A stretch of 64,000 nucleotides of DNA from Cyanophora paradoxa CCMP329 (Eukaryota; Plantae; Glaucophyta). This document shows positions 46,469 through 57,507 of this stretch, in pieces. The DNA lies in the NCBI GenBank assembly GCA_004431415.1, contig QPMI01000325.1, forward strand, positions 2,355 through 66,354, in the 5' to 3' direction. Below the pieces are notes generated by a model. The model was given only the letters and a program-made list of their open reading frames with translations. It was not told where the DNA came from and ran no database searches. Within the stretch, counting starts at the first letter, position 1; every line of letters begins with the position of its first letter. The translations under genes and the position numbers were made by a program.

Positions 46469-48066
46469 AGGCGGAGCGGCTCGAGCAGGAGCGCGAGGAG
46501 GCCCCGACGAGGCGGCCGCGGCCGGCGCGGCGCGCCCCGCCCCGCCCCGCCGCGCGCGCGATCGCGGTGGCGCGATGTTCCTGCAGGTCGAGGCGAAGGC
46601 CCGGGCGCTGGCCGCGGCGCGCGAGGCCCTCGCCCGGGCCGAGACCGACGAGGCGGCGGCGCGCGGCCGCGGCGAGGAGGCGGAGCGGGCGCGCGCCGCC
46701 CTCCGCGCCGGTGCCGCCCCGGACCGCCCCGCGCGCCCCGCCGCCGACGCGGAGGAAGCGGCGCGCGGGGCGGTGGAGCGGGGGCGGGAGGCTGCGCGGG
46801 CGGCGGAGGCGGCGCGGGCGGGGGAGGCGCGGGCGGCGGAGGAGGAGGCGGCGGCGCTGGAGGAGGCCGGCGAGCTCGACGCGGCGGCGGCGGCGGCGGC
46901 GGCTGGGGCCCCCGAGGCGCCCCACGGCGGGGAGGAGGCGGGGCTCGAGGGCCCCGGGGCGAGGCGGCGCGGGAGGCGCTCGCGGCGGAGCTGCGCGCCC
47001 TCCGCGCCGAGCGCGCCGCCCTCCGCCGCCGTGGCATCGGCCCCGCCGTGCCCGCCCCGCCCGCCCCGCCCCGCAGCCTCGCGGGGCGGCAGCTCAGGCG
47101 CGTCGGTAGGAGGCGGCGGGGTCGGAGCGGCGGCAGGCGCAGCTGGAGGTCTTCCGGAAGCGGGCGCGCAAGGGCGGGGCCGGCGGGGCGGGCGGGGCGG
47201 GGGCCGCTGACGGGGGCGCACGCAGCTGGAGGAGGTGCGGGGGCGGTGGGGCGGCTGAACGAGGGGATCGCCGCCTCCCTCCAGCGCGTCGCCGCCGCCA
47301 ACCAGGACGCCTTCACCGTCCGCCCCCGTCCCCGCCGCCCTCGCCCTCTCTCCCCGGCCCGCCCCCGCCAACGGTCCCCCCCGCAGCGCGTCGCCGCCGC
47401 CTTCGCGCAGCACTTCCACAGTGCGTTGGAGCCGCCTCGCGGCAGCGGGCAGCGCCCGCTCAGCCCCCCTGCAGCGCTCGTCCCCGCCTGGCGCGGCGAG
47501 CTGCGCAAGACGAGCCCCGACGGCCCCGTGGCCCGCGCCTGCCTCCGCCCCGCGCCGGCGCCGCCCCTCACGCGCCAGCGGCCCCGTGCAGGAGGAGGGC
47601 GTCTCCTTCTGGATCCGGGGCGGGGCGGGATCGGGGTCCGGGGCGGGGGAGGGTGGGGCGTGGAAGGAGAGCCTGGAGGGGCTCTCCGGGGGCCAGCGGA
47701 CGCTGCTGAACCTGGCCTTCCTCGTCGCCCTCGCGGGGGCGCGCGCGGGGCCCCTCTACCTCCTCGACGAGGTCGACGCCGCCCTCGACGAGGAGAACCA
47801 GGCCCGCGCTCCGGGGCGTCGGGGGGGCGCTCGCCGGCATCTGATCACGAGCGACCGGCGCGCAGGCCGCCGTGGCCCGCCTCGTCGCCTCGGCGTTCCC
47901 CGCGAGCCAGGTGCTGTGCGTGTCGCACCACGGGAGCATGCAGGCGCAGGCGGAGCGCGTGCTCGAGGTCGCCCGCGACGAGACCGCCGGCTCCCGCGTC
48001 GCCCGCACCCTCGACAAGCCCCGCCCCGCCCGCGCCCCCAAGCGCCGCCACACCGCCGCCTCCTGA
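42528..48066 (+). CDS. Divergent SMC protein (SMC2-like)
   Basis: [27 protein letters not shown] (Walker A), FLLQQG (Q-loop), a hinge-like [41 protein letters not shown] (signature), [12 protein letters not shown] (Walker B/D-loop), SQVLCVSHH. Confidence 0.88.
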
Positions 48067-48146
48067 CCCCCTCCGCTTGCAATTCCATCCAAGGTCGACA
48101 CAGCATGCGCAGCCGAGGCTGGGTGCCCCGGGGATCCGGGTGCGAG

Positions 48147-48990
48147 TCACGCGAGCTCGGCGGTGTAGCGGACCCAGGTTGCGGTGGCGCCGAGGAGGTG
48201 GCCCGCCTGGGGCCAGGGCGAGACGGCCCCCGGGACGAAGCCGGCGCGCTCGTACAGCCGCCGGGCGCCCCGGTTGCACCCAACGCACGCCAGGATGACT
48301 TGCCGGTGCCCCTGGCGGTCGCGAGGCTCGGATGGTCAGCTGGCAGCGTTGCCGGGGGAAGGGCACGCCACGATGGGCTGCCACCGTGGCACCTGGTTGC
48401 GCGCATGGGCGACGGCCGCGTCCAGGAGGGCGCGCCCGACGCCGGAGCGGCGCCAGGTCGGGGCGACGACCATACGGATGAGCTCCGCCGCGCCGGGGTG
48501 CGCGGGGTCGAGCGAGGCGCGTACGCCGACGAGCCCGACCGGCGCGCCGTCGGCGCCGCGGGCGACAAGGAAGCGCACAGCGCCCCGCGCGAGCATCTGG
48601 TCGTTGTCCTCTCGCACGCTCCTGTAGATCGCGTCCAGCCCGCGCCGGCTCCGCAGGAACGCGAACGCCGGGAGGGCGAGAGCGGCGGCGGCAGCGATGA
48701 ATCGCGACGAGCCCGAATTGGATGAGGCACAAGCTGCGGCTGCAGCTGCGGCGATGCAGGCACCCCAGCCGACCAGGACGCGCGTGCTGGCAAGGAGTTC
48801 CCGAGTCTGAGGGCACGCAAGCTCCAGCCACCCCTGCGCGGCGAGGGCACGCAGCATCAGCGCACCATAAGCATGAGCATGCAGTGCGGCGCACCTCTCG
48901 CAGCAGCGGCTCCAGCACGAGGCGGTCGCAGTCTCGCAGGTCATCGATTAGGGCGGGCGCTGCGACGTCGAATGCGCAGGGCAGCGTCAT
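48147..48990 (-). CDS. GNAT-family acetyltransferase with hydrophobic segment (NAT8-like architecture)
   Basis: AELIRMVVAPTWRRSGVGRALL (acetyl-CoA motif A) and NRGARRLYERAGF; two introns. Confidence 0.85.
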
Positions 48991-49187
48991 ACGCGAGACC
49001 CCAGACCGTCGGACGTAATCGCCCTCCAGTCACGTGCACCGAGTTGCAGAGAGCCGCTCCTCTCAGGATGTACCCTCGAAGCCGGAAAGTGTACCCCGGT
49101 TCGGATTATCACGTGTATCCCCTTATTTTCAGGTGATACTCCCTTGCTCGCTCGCAAAGCTCTCGTTGTATTTCGAAAAGGGCGCGG

Positions 49188-50601
49188 CTAGGAGGCGGCC
49201 TGGGGGGCGACGGAGAAGCTGTCGAGGATCTTGGTGAGGGCTTCCGCGTCCTGCTCGAAGAGCGGCTGCTCCGCCTGCACCGTGATCGTCACCAGCCGCC
49301 CGTCGTTCAGCGCCACCTTGCTGCGCCCCCGCCCAGGCCTCAGCTCCGCCCGCCATCCCCCTGGCGGTGGGGGGCGGGGGCGGGCCTGAGGTAGTGGCGC
49401 TTGACGACGTTGACGGCGTCCTCGGTCGGCTGGGCGGCGTCGCCGCCGACCCACGGGAGCTTGCCGGCGCTAGGCTTGATGGGCACCAGCACCTCGTACT
49501 CGAAGCAGTAGTAATCCTGATGCTCTTGTTGATGGATGCGAGCGCGACGAGGCTCTCGCGGGGCGCGGCACCTTCCCGTCGGGGCTGTCGGCAGCCTTGA
49601 GGTGGCGCGCGATAAGCATCTGAGCACTTCCGAATCAGTACGACGAACCACGGCTTGCAACGAAAAAGCGCATCGTCGCACCTTGGCGGAGCGCATCGTC
49701 CCCGGCCGGTCATACAACTTGATCAAGCGCTCCCCGACCTCGTCTGCGTACCTGATCAAGGAGTTTCAGGGTGGGTTACGGGGGCCTGCGGAGCGCGCAG
49801 CTGAACGATCATACCCCACATCCAGAATATCCTTGAATTCGGTTGGCGACTGCGATGAACCGACCCTCATAAGCACATGAATGGTGCGGATGGAGGGTAG
49901 TGGAAGGTACCGAGGTAATTACGAGATTCTCTTCGTCATTCGTATCCGGCTTCCTGCATAGAGCCTGCGGTGCCGCGCTCAGTTGCTGGCGGTCATGTGC
50001 TAAGGGCACTCAGTTGCTGGCGGCCATGCGCTAAGGGACTGGGATTGCGCATGCTCGCCTCTACGCCGGGCTGGTCGATGCCGTTGCGCGTGCATTCCCA
50101 CTCGGTCGGCAGTTGTAGGCTGTAACCACTCGCGTCGTTTCTGAACATCCTCGTCTCCGCCGCCAGAGCTGCGGAAGAGCAGCGGGTCAGCGAATGCAAG
50201 AGCACAGGCGCCGCAAAATCCATCTTCTAAGCGCCGGATAGGGGCGAAGCAAGCCCCGAAACATCTCCAGCTATCCCAATCAAATCCGCGAAGCGACGTG
50301 TGCCGACGCCGCTTCCGCTTGCGGCTTGCCGAAACACAAACGGACAAACAGACGAACCGCTGCTGCTGTCGCCGAGGTTCAGAGCCAGGACGGCGGCGAG
50401 CGCAGACGCACAGAAGGTGCGGCTGGCGCCCTCGAAGCGCGTAGCGCTCTGTCCGGGTTGAGCATCCGACGCCGCGCAAGTGACCGGCTGGGCGGCAGAC
50501 GTCGCTCTGCGGACGGCCGCCGACGAGATTCGCGGTGCGCCAGTGCCAGAGAGCCGGCAGCCGGCGCGGCCGAGGGGTGAGGGGACGACGAAGGCCGTCA
50601 T
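49188..50601 (-). CDS. PsbP-domain thylakoid lumen protein
   Basis: Bipartite leader (MTAFVVPSPL..., hydrophobic stretch, ALA), GYSLQLPTEW, SPTEFKDILDVGYADEVGERL, YYCFEYEV, KRHYL..VALNDGRLVTITVQ, KILDSFSV. Confidence 0.8.
49978..50038. repeat. 31-bp tandem duplication at a PsbP-domain gene intron
   Basis: ctcagttgctggcggYcatgYgctaaggg occurs twice in tandem. Confidence 0.75.
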
Positions 50602-50646
50602 GCGACGTATAGCTGTACTGGCGCCGGTGGGTCAAGAGCTCGACGA

Positions 50647-50692
50647 TTAATCGACAGGTACCCCCAGCCGCGCGCAGCGGTTAATCGACAGG
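50647..50692. promoter_or_regulatory. Direct repeat TTAATCGACAGG x2 in the 126-bp divergent gap between PsbP-domain and kinesin genes
   Basis: Exact 12-mers at 50647-50658 and 50681-50692, lying between head-to-head ATGs. Confidence 0.45.
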
Positions 50693-50727
50693 GCCTCGCG
50701 CCACTTGCTGGCCAGCGGCTTTGACCT

Positions 50728-53700
50728 ATGCAGGCGGTAGCCTCGCCACCGAGCAGGCTACCTCGTCGAACGTCGGTGCAGGCGACGAGTTCGTCGCCTT
50801 CAGCGCGGCCAGCAACGAGCGGTGTTGCAGGCGCCAGCAAGCGTGATTCATCAAGCGGACTAGGCCACCCGGCAACAGTTCACGGACTAGGCCACCCGGC
50901 AACAGTGCGGCAGGCAGAGAGCTGCGCTCCCCAGCCTTCGTGCAGCGTCGAACAGCCTTTGCCTCCAACTTCGCCCGCAGGGCCTAGCCATGGCCCGATG
51001 CCGCCGCCGTCCCCTATGTCCTTCAGTAGCCAGCCGCCCCTGCCGCTAAAGAGCGCGGAACCGGCCTTCCGGCTGGAAGACCCTCGGTCGAGCGGCCGGC
51101 TCGGACGAAGGCCCCGAGATCTGGACGCACCACTGTTGCGGACGCGTGTCAGCGGCAGCCCCGCAGCAGCCGCCAGCCCTGCTGCGGTCGCAACCACGAG
51201 CATGCTGCCTAGCACTCCCGCGGACACCGAGTCGATCTTGAGTCAATCCCTGAGCGCCCTTGCGAAACGCAGCAATGCGAACGCACTACTTAGCCCTACC
51301 GCCACGCCCTCTGTCGCAACTCCAGGCTCTCACTCAGCGCGCCCGCCACCGACCCCTACCTCGGCCCGGCCCGCTCTCGCGGCCGGCCGGCCAACCACCA
51401 CCCCAATTCGGACCCCATCGACGCCAGCAGGCCCGCCCGCTGATGCCTGGAAAGCGGGGCCGAGCGAACCGGTTAGGTTCGTCAATGCTTTCTCTGCCTG
51501 GCCCCCTCCACACCTCAGGGGCGCGCAGCACGCGCAGCAGTGTCAACGGGCATCCAAGGAAGGTCGGCTCTGAGGGAGAGAACGTCCGCGTAATCGTCCG
51601 GTTGCGACCGCTCAACGCGAGGGAAGCCGAGACGGGTGGGCGCCTTCTGCCGGGTGGGTGCGGCGCGGGCGCTGAGCGGGCGGCAGGCGGGCGGACGTGC
51701 ATCTCAGCGGACAGCGCAAACAACCGGGTGGTGCTGGAGACGAAGCCGGAGCCGGCCGTCTTCACGTACGACTGCGTCGCTGGGCCCTCCGTCGACCAGG
51801 TGCCCGTGGCCCCCGCCTTCCTTTTCCGCCTCTCAACGGCCGCTCGCCCACGACCGCCGTCGCAGGACGAGTTCTTTCACCTCGCCGGCAAGCCCGCCGT
51901 CGAGGCCTGCATGAACGGCTACAACGCCACGTGCGCCCCTCCCCACCGCGCGCCGCTGCCGCCGGCGCCGATGTGGGGGGCGCAGCATCTTCGCGTACGG
52001 ACAGACGGGCTCCGGCAAGGTGCGCAGGGCGGGGCGGGGCGGGCGCAGCGCGTTCTGACGCGGCAGCAGACGTACACGATGCTGGGACCGGTGGACGAGG
52101 AGGTGCGGGTCGGGGAGCGGCAGGACCTGCGGGGCATCATCCCGCGGACCCTTGAGCACCTCTTCGAGACGATCGCCGCCGCGCCCGACGACGGCAGCGA
52201 GGTCTCCTTCCGCGTCTCCTTCCTCGAGGTCCGCCCGCCGCCCGCCGCCTCGCCGCCCCGCCCCGGGCGGCCGCGAGCGGGGCGCAGATCTACAACGAGG
52301 CGCTGACCGACCTGCTGGACCCCGCGGGCGGGGCGGGGCGGCTGCACCTGCGCGAGGACGCCCGCCTCGGGGTGACGTGCGAGAATCTGCGGGTCGAGAG
52401 CGTCTGCACCGTGCGCGAGGCAATGGCGCTGCTGCACAAAGGCGCCGCGAACCGCCGAGTCTGCGCCACGGCCATGAACCACGAAAGCTCCCGCTCCCAC
52501 ACCGTCTTCACCGTCGCCATCGAGCAGCGGGTTCGCCCCGCCCCGCCCCGCGACGCACGCGCCCTCTGCCCCATCGACCCCTTTGCGCAGGCTGCGGAGC
52601 GCGGCGTGGAGGTGCTGCGGCGCGTGCACCTGAACCTGATCGACCTGGCGGGCTCGGAGCGGCACGCGGCGACGCTGGGGGCGGCGCAGCAGCTGCGGGA
52701 GACGTCGAACATCAACCGGAGCCTGTCGACGCTGGGGCACGTCATCCGGGCGCTCGTCACCATCGCGCACGGGAAGCGGCCCGTCCACGTCCACTACCGC
52801 GACTCCAAGCTCACCTTCCTCCTCAAGGCGCCCCGCCCCGCCCCGCCCCCGCCATCGCCCCGCCGTCGCCCGCGATGCAAGCGGCCGGCGCAGGACTCGC
52901 TCGGGGGCAACAGCAAGACGAGCGTCGTCGCGAACGTCTCGCCGTCCCTTGCCTGCTTCAAGGAGACCCTCCTCACCCTCCACTTCGCCCGTGCGCCCCG
53001 CCCCGGCGCCGGCCGCCCGCGCGGGGGCCGAGGGGCGGTGCAGGGCGGATGAAGCTGGTGCGGAACCGGGCGATGGTGAACGAGGAGGTCTCCGGGGGCG
53101 CGGCGGCGGCGGCGCTGCAGGCGGAGGTGGAGCGGCTGGCGCGGCACGTGAAGCTGCTCGAGCATGAGCTCTTCTTCGAGCGCGTCCGCCACCGCGCCGA
53201 GGAGAGCGCCGCCGCCGCCGCCGGGGGCAACTCGGGGCGGACGCTCTCGACGCGGGAGGACGCGCTGGCGGACACCAACTTCTGGCTGGACGAGCCCGAG
53301 CTGGCGCGCCGCGGCGAGGAGGCCGCCGAGTACGGGCGGCTGCTGGGGGAGCACCGGGCGCTGCAGGCGGAGGTGGACGCGCTGCGGGAGGTGCAGGCGA
53401 ACCGGGAGGAGGCGGCGGCGCACGAGGCGACGCTGCTCAACGAGGCCCAGGAGATGATCAGCGAGCTCGACGGCGCCCTCGAGGAGGCGAACGGCAAGCT
53501 CGCCGACCAGGCCCGCCTCGTCTCCCTCCTTCTCCGCTCCCTCCACGAGTGCTCCTGCGCGCCCCCGGAGGCCAAGGCCGCCCTCGCCGCCCTCGCCGAC
53601 CGCCCCGAGGCCCGCACCGCCCCGCCCCGCCCCCGCTACTGCCCGCCCCGCCGCGCTGATGCTGGAGGGCGGCAGATCGCGCACCTGCTCTCGCACTCGC

Positions 53701-55129
53701 CGCGGCAGGCGGGCTCGGGGCGGAGCTCGCCGCAGGCGGGGCACGGCCTGCTGACGGCGGCCGAGGCGCGCTCCCGCTTCCAGGCGAACGTCCGCAGCAA
53801 GCTCGGCGCCCGCCTCGCCTCCCCCTCCAGGGTGCCCCCCGCCCGGCCCGCCCGGCCCCCTGCGCACCTGCGCGGGCCGACGGGGCGGGGCGGCAGGCGA
53901 ACACGGTGCGGCAGCTCCTCGAGGAGGCCGCCGGCAGCCTGGTGCCCCCGGCCCGCCCCCGGCCCGCCCCGCGCCGCGCCGCCGCTCACGGCCCCGCCCG
54001 CAGGTGCCGGCGGCGGCCGCGCGCTCGACGCCGAAGCCGCCGCGTCCTCCGGCGTCGATCAGGCGCTCCGAGGGGCCCGCGGAGGGCGAGCGCGGGCGCG
54101 AGGAGGCGGCGCAGGAGCACGAGGCCTCGCCCGAGCGGGTGCGGGCGCCGGGCGGGACCTGCGCGGGGCGGCGCTGAGGCGGCGCAGGGCTCGGTGGAGC
54201 TCGGGCTGGGGCCCGCCTGGACGCGGCGCGGCACCAGCTGGAGGAGACGCGGGCGGAGCTCCTCGCGCAGCGCGCCCGCGCCGAGGCCCTCGCCGAGGAG
54301 AAGGCCGGCCTGGAGCGCCGCCTCGCGGGGGTCGCCGCCGAGCGCGACGAGGCGGGGCGCGCCGAGGCGGGGCGCCGCGCGGAGCTGGAGCGGGCGCTGG
54401 AGAAGCAGCGCGCGTCGGCGGCGGCGCTGGCTGAGGAGGTCGTGCGGCTCCAGGGCGAGGCGGCGCGCTGGGAGGAGGAGGCGGGGGCGGAGCGGCGGGC
54501 CGGGGAGGCGGCGCGGGCGGGGGCGGAGGCGGCGCTGGCGGAGCTGGGGCGGGCGCGGGGCACGATCGCAGAGCTGGAGCGGTATCTCGAGGAGGAGGCG
54601 CTCATCCGCGAGGACCAGCACCGCGTCCTCGCCGCCCGCGGCGCCCACGGCCCCGCCCCGCCCACGGGCCCCGCCCGGGGCCGACCTCGAGGCGGCGCGC
54701 TGCGAGCTCGAGGCGGCCCGCGCCGAGATCGCCGCGCTCTGGTCGGAGCGGGCCGAGTGGGAGGGCCGCGTCGTCGCCGTCGTGCGCGAGGCGGCGGCCT
54801 GGCAGGAGGCGCACGAGGCCGCCACGCGCGAGCTCGAGCTCGAGATCGAGCACCTGCACGCCCAGCTCGCCGCCTCGCAGGCCCACGACCCCCGCACCCC
54901 GCCCCGCGACCGCAGCGCCTCCCTCGACAGCTCCGCCCCCCTCACCCCGCAGTCCCTGCCCCTCCGCGCCAAGGTCCGGCCCCCGCCCCGCCCCTCCCGA
55001 GCCCCTCCCGAGCGGCGCCCGCAGATCCCCCCAGGCCGCTTGAACGCCCGCTACACGGAGACCTCGAGCTCCTGCGAGGGCGAGAGCGTGCCCCCGGCCG
55101 CCGGCCGCTCCTTCGTCCACTACATCTAG
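50728..55129 (+). CDS. Kinesin, kinesin-12/KIF15-like, with coiled-coil tail
   Basis: ENVRVIVRLRPLN, IFAYGQTGSGKTYTMLG, FLEIYNE, MNHESSRSH, LIDLAGSER, HVHYRDSKLTFLLKDSLGGNSKT. Confidence 0.93.
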
Positions 55130-55461
55130 CGGGGGCCTCCCACTCGGGGCCCCCCTTCTCCGAGCTCCCTCCCATCGTCCGCCCACGCTTCTATCTCCCT
55201 CGGCCGCATGCAGATTATGTCGTAGATGCTTTAGATTCGAATGCACTGTCTTCGCTCGAGCGGAGCCTCCGGTACCCCCCGCGGATCCAGTTTGCAACGC
55301 ATGCGACCTGCAGCGCCAGCTGCATGAAGAGCACAGCTGCTACCGGCTCAGTTTCAGCGTTAACGAGCCTCTGAACCGCCAACGACCACGCAATACCGCG
55401 AGAGCGGCGCGTTGTTTGCGAGCGCTCGCAGCGCAAGCGGTTCGCGTGCGCTCGCTGCACG

Positions 55462-57007
55462 ATGCGTCGCGCATACGTACAGCCTCCTTCAGCGGCCGCA
55501 CTGGCCCTGCAGCTGGCGCGTGCGCTGGCCCTCTGCGGCGTTCTGGTTCTCGGCAGTCTCGCGGACGAGACAAGCGCTCCGCCCATCGTGACGGCCGCTT
55601 CTACGTCATATTTCGACAGGCTGCAGAACCTCGTGGCATCCGTGCAGCTCTGGGAGCCCGAAAGGCTCATCGTGGTTAGCGCTCTTTAGTTTCATAGATC
55701 GCCGGCATCACTGAGGAGCTGTCGCAGGTGTATGACGTCGGTCTATCGGCCTCGCAGGCGGCCGAGGTCTCGGAATGGAAGTCAGTCGAGCTGCGCTCCT
55801 TCAAATTCGATGCAGCACCGCGACACGCCGCCTTTCACGACACCTACGCCTTCAAGTGCGTTTCCTGCACTGCCTATAAGCCGTTATTGCGCGACTTCTG
55901 CTTTGGACGCGCGCGGCAGGCCGCTTGTAATGGCGGACGCGCTGCGGCTCTGGGACTCCCTCCTCTTCCAGGCAGGGCCCTCCTTCCTGCTGGAGCTCCA
56001 TACGGCTCCATTTCGAGAATCGCGGGGGGCAGGACGCGGGGCAGGAGCTGGAGGGGCCGCTGCGGGAGGTGGACGAGACGCTGCGGTCGCGGGGCGCCTT
56101 CTTCGTGGAGGCCTCCTCCCCCATCGCCGCCTTCACCCACCCCCTCACCCTCCGCTGGTCCGCACCCCCCGCGCGGCACCCTTCCCGGCCCTCGTTGAAC
56201 TCGGAGGTTCCGTCCCGCCTCTTGTCCGCAGGCTCAATGCGAGCGCGTCCGAGTTCGAGGGCCAGCTCCAGTGCGCCGGCGGCATCCAAGGGTTCGTCTC
56301 GAGCCGCGCATGTGCATACCGCCTCCGCGGCCTCTGACCGTCTCCTCGGCCTCAGATACGGTGCGCAAGCGCCACGTCCTGGCGCGGCGCGGCGCTGCGG
56401 CGGCTGACGTGCGGGGCCAGTGGCGGGGTCGACGGCGGCGCGGGAGGTGCTGGAGGCGGCGGCGCGCTGCGCGGCGGAGGAGCCGTGCATCGCCCCGCCG
56501 GGCTCCGACGCGTCCAACCACCGCCAGGACCAGTCGGTGTTCTCGGTGCTCATCCGGCGCGGGGGCTTCCCCTGCGAGGCCGACCGCCGCTTCTCGGAGT
56601 CCAACCCGCTGCGGGCGCCCGCCTCGCCGGCGGGGGCCCTCGCCCGCCACCGCCGCGCCCTCGCGGGGGCGCCCCTGGACCCCCCCACCGTCCTCTTCTC
56701 CCGCCGCTGGATGCACCCCAAGCCCTACGCCCCTCTCCTCCGGCGGGGCGCCTCGCCGAGGCCGCCGTCCCGTGGGGAGGGGCCCTACTCGCGCCCCTGG
56801 ACGCCCGGCGCCGTGGCCCCCGTCGTCGTGGAGACCATCGAGGGCCGCCGCGTGCCGGCCGCCGCCCGCGAAGCGCTCGCTGGCTGCCTCGCCGCGCGCA
56901 AGTGCGTCGTTCATCCGCCCTCCCGCCCGTCCTGCCCGGCACGACGGCCCCCGGTCCGCAGGGACGAAGCCGACGCCCTCGCCGCGTGCGCCGCGCTGGT
57001 GCGATGA
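55462..57007 (+). CDS. DUF1647-like putative glycosyltransferase (GT-A-like) with signal anchor
   Basis: Hydrophobic N-terminus, IVTAASTSYFDRL, IVVYDVGL, YAFKPLV, FQDAG, CIAPPGS..NHRQDQSVFSVL. Confidence 0.7.
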
Positions 57008-57507
57008 GCCCTCCCCAAAGCCCCCCCGCCCTTTCAAGAGAGGCGCCTTAGCTCGGGCCGGCAGGTCCTGCCGGAGAGCGCAGGCCGGGCGCGAGGGGCG
57101 CGGGGGCGGGCGCTGGAGGCGCTGCAGCGGGCGCGCGGGGCGGCGGAGGGCGCCGGCCTCGACCCCGCCTGCCTCGCCCTCGCCGCCGCCTGCCTCGCCC
57201 TCCTCTTCGGTGCCGGCGTGCTTCTCGGCGGTCCTCTTCGCCACCGCCGCCGCCGCCTCCGCTAGCTTGAAGCCCCGAATTCGAATATGAAGGCCGGGCC
57301 TCCGCTTCGCCCTCCGCAGCCGCGCCTACTCGAGCACCCGCCGGGGCCCCTCGGCGTCGGGGCACGCCCACCGCTGACCTACGCCCCCGCCGCTGACCCT
57401 CCGCCCCCTTGCCTGCTCGTCTCGTGCACACTCTCTCTCGCTCTCTCTTCTCCAGTACACGTACATTGCAGGCGGGAGGGTTCTGCGGCCGCCCGGGGAG
57501 GCCCCCC

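Noticed and set aside
57010-57500. Extra small gene between the DUF1647-like gene and villin
   Set aside because: No ATG-led frame with recognisable motifs or consistent splicing. Likely 3' UTRs.
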